In this document: positions 62,976 to 64,000 of the stretch, piece by piece
Layout of the letters: each line of letters opens with the position of its first letter
Numbering within the stretch: the first letter of the stretch is position 1
Assembly (NCBI GenBank): GCA_964016885.1
Contig: OZ024744.1
Location: 77,066,001 to 77,130,000 of the forward strand
Direction of reading: 5' to 3'
DNA from: Eledone cirrhosa
Taxonomy: Eukaryota
Length of the DNA: 64,000 nucleotides
Position numbers and translations under genes: made by a program
The notes under the pieces: model-generated
Databases searched by the model: none
Told to the model about the DNA's origin: nothing
Seen by the model: only the letters and a program-made list of their open reading frames with translations

Positions 62976-63288
62976 CCGCCCTTGTTGCTACACGTTCTAT
63001 CTCCAGCCTGTGCTGGTGTTGTTTAATTATTGATTTCAGTGTTGAATAAAAGTTGTTTTGTTTTTTTACAAAGTGAAATAATTCCAAAACAACAAACAGG
63101 TAGAAAGTAATACCAGGTAGAAACAAGAAACCTGCACATAACAGCTTAAATCAATAATCAAACAACATTCTGATTCTTTTGTTGTTAAAGAAATCGATTA
63201 CTTATGCAACTTCGAAAGTAGGTAAAGCAGATTCTATAGATTACCTAAAAATTCATAAAAGCTAGAAAATACTGGATAGTAATGGTTT

Positions 63289-63480
63289 CTAATTTAGGCA
63301 CAAGGCCAGCAATTTAGGCGAGGGGAAAGTCGATTAAATCAACCCCAGTACGTTTCTGGTACTTTATTTTATCAACCGCGTAAAGATGAAAAGCAAAGCT
63401 AACCTTGGTAGGATTTGAACTTTACAGGACATAAAGGGCCGTGACTCTATGTCACGAAGCTTGGTGTCCGACGCTGCTTA
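63289..63480 (-). mobile_element. tRNA-derived SINE (diverged)
   Basis: Reverse complement of the 1487-1702 family. Confidence 0.75.
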
Positions 63481-64000
63481 TTTCCTTCATTCAGTCACTT
63501 CTATACGCCAACATATTTCTTCTTGTCCTCCTCTTCTTTCAATCTTTTCTATATTTCATCTGCCTGTCACTCACCTTATGGGTTGTCCCTCTGTTGACCA
63601 CTGGCCACTGGTCTCTGATGCATTTTTGCCTATCGCTGTCTTTGACACCATTTAGCTGTTTTAACGGCTGGGCTAGCGATAAGTTTTCTCATTTTTATAT
63701 GTACTTAAATACACTCTAGCTTCGTCTCGATTAGAGATAACATTGTTTTTTTCATTTAAAATAACTAATACGTAGAAATACAGAAAATAGCTGGCTTCAA
63801 ACTGAGACTAATTATTGCAGGAACACAATTTCGAATATATCGTCTGAGTTATGAGCTCATTTATTTGTTTATACAGATATATAAAAGGAGAAAAAAAATT
63901 ACTATTAAATCGGTTGCACACACATGTACACCAGGTCCGAACACAGAGGAACAAAACTCCTACTGTCACTGCTTCTGTCTCTCCTGCTCTTATTATTATG

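Overview
Eukaryotic, AT-rich, microsatellite-dense DNA with no recognisable host gene. The tRNA-derived SINE resembles octopus SINEs, so an octopod cephalopod is my inference from memory. Almost the whole window is nested, mostly decayed retroelements sitting in (TA)n/(TATG)n tracts. These are Penelope-like elements (PLEs) of three types (Naiad-like, Neptune-like, and a HYAKPMAS-type family), R4/Dong-like RLE LINEs, RTE, CR1-like and CRE-like fragments, SINEs, and Helitron (PIF1 helicase) remnants. The main pattern not shown by the ORF track is roughly 30 minimal hammerhead-ribozyme (HHR) motifs found by eye, including compensatory UUGANAA-core variants. Most are arranged as inverted foldback pairs at PLE termini or as small non-coding foldback units. 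Several PLE copies lack the GIY-YIG endonuclease, and an R4/Dong-like family abuts (CATA)n at every end I could identify. Most short [12 protein letters not shown] ORFs are microsatellite artefacts. Boundaries were read by eye and are approximate.
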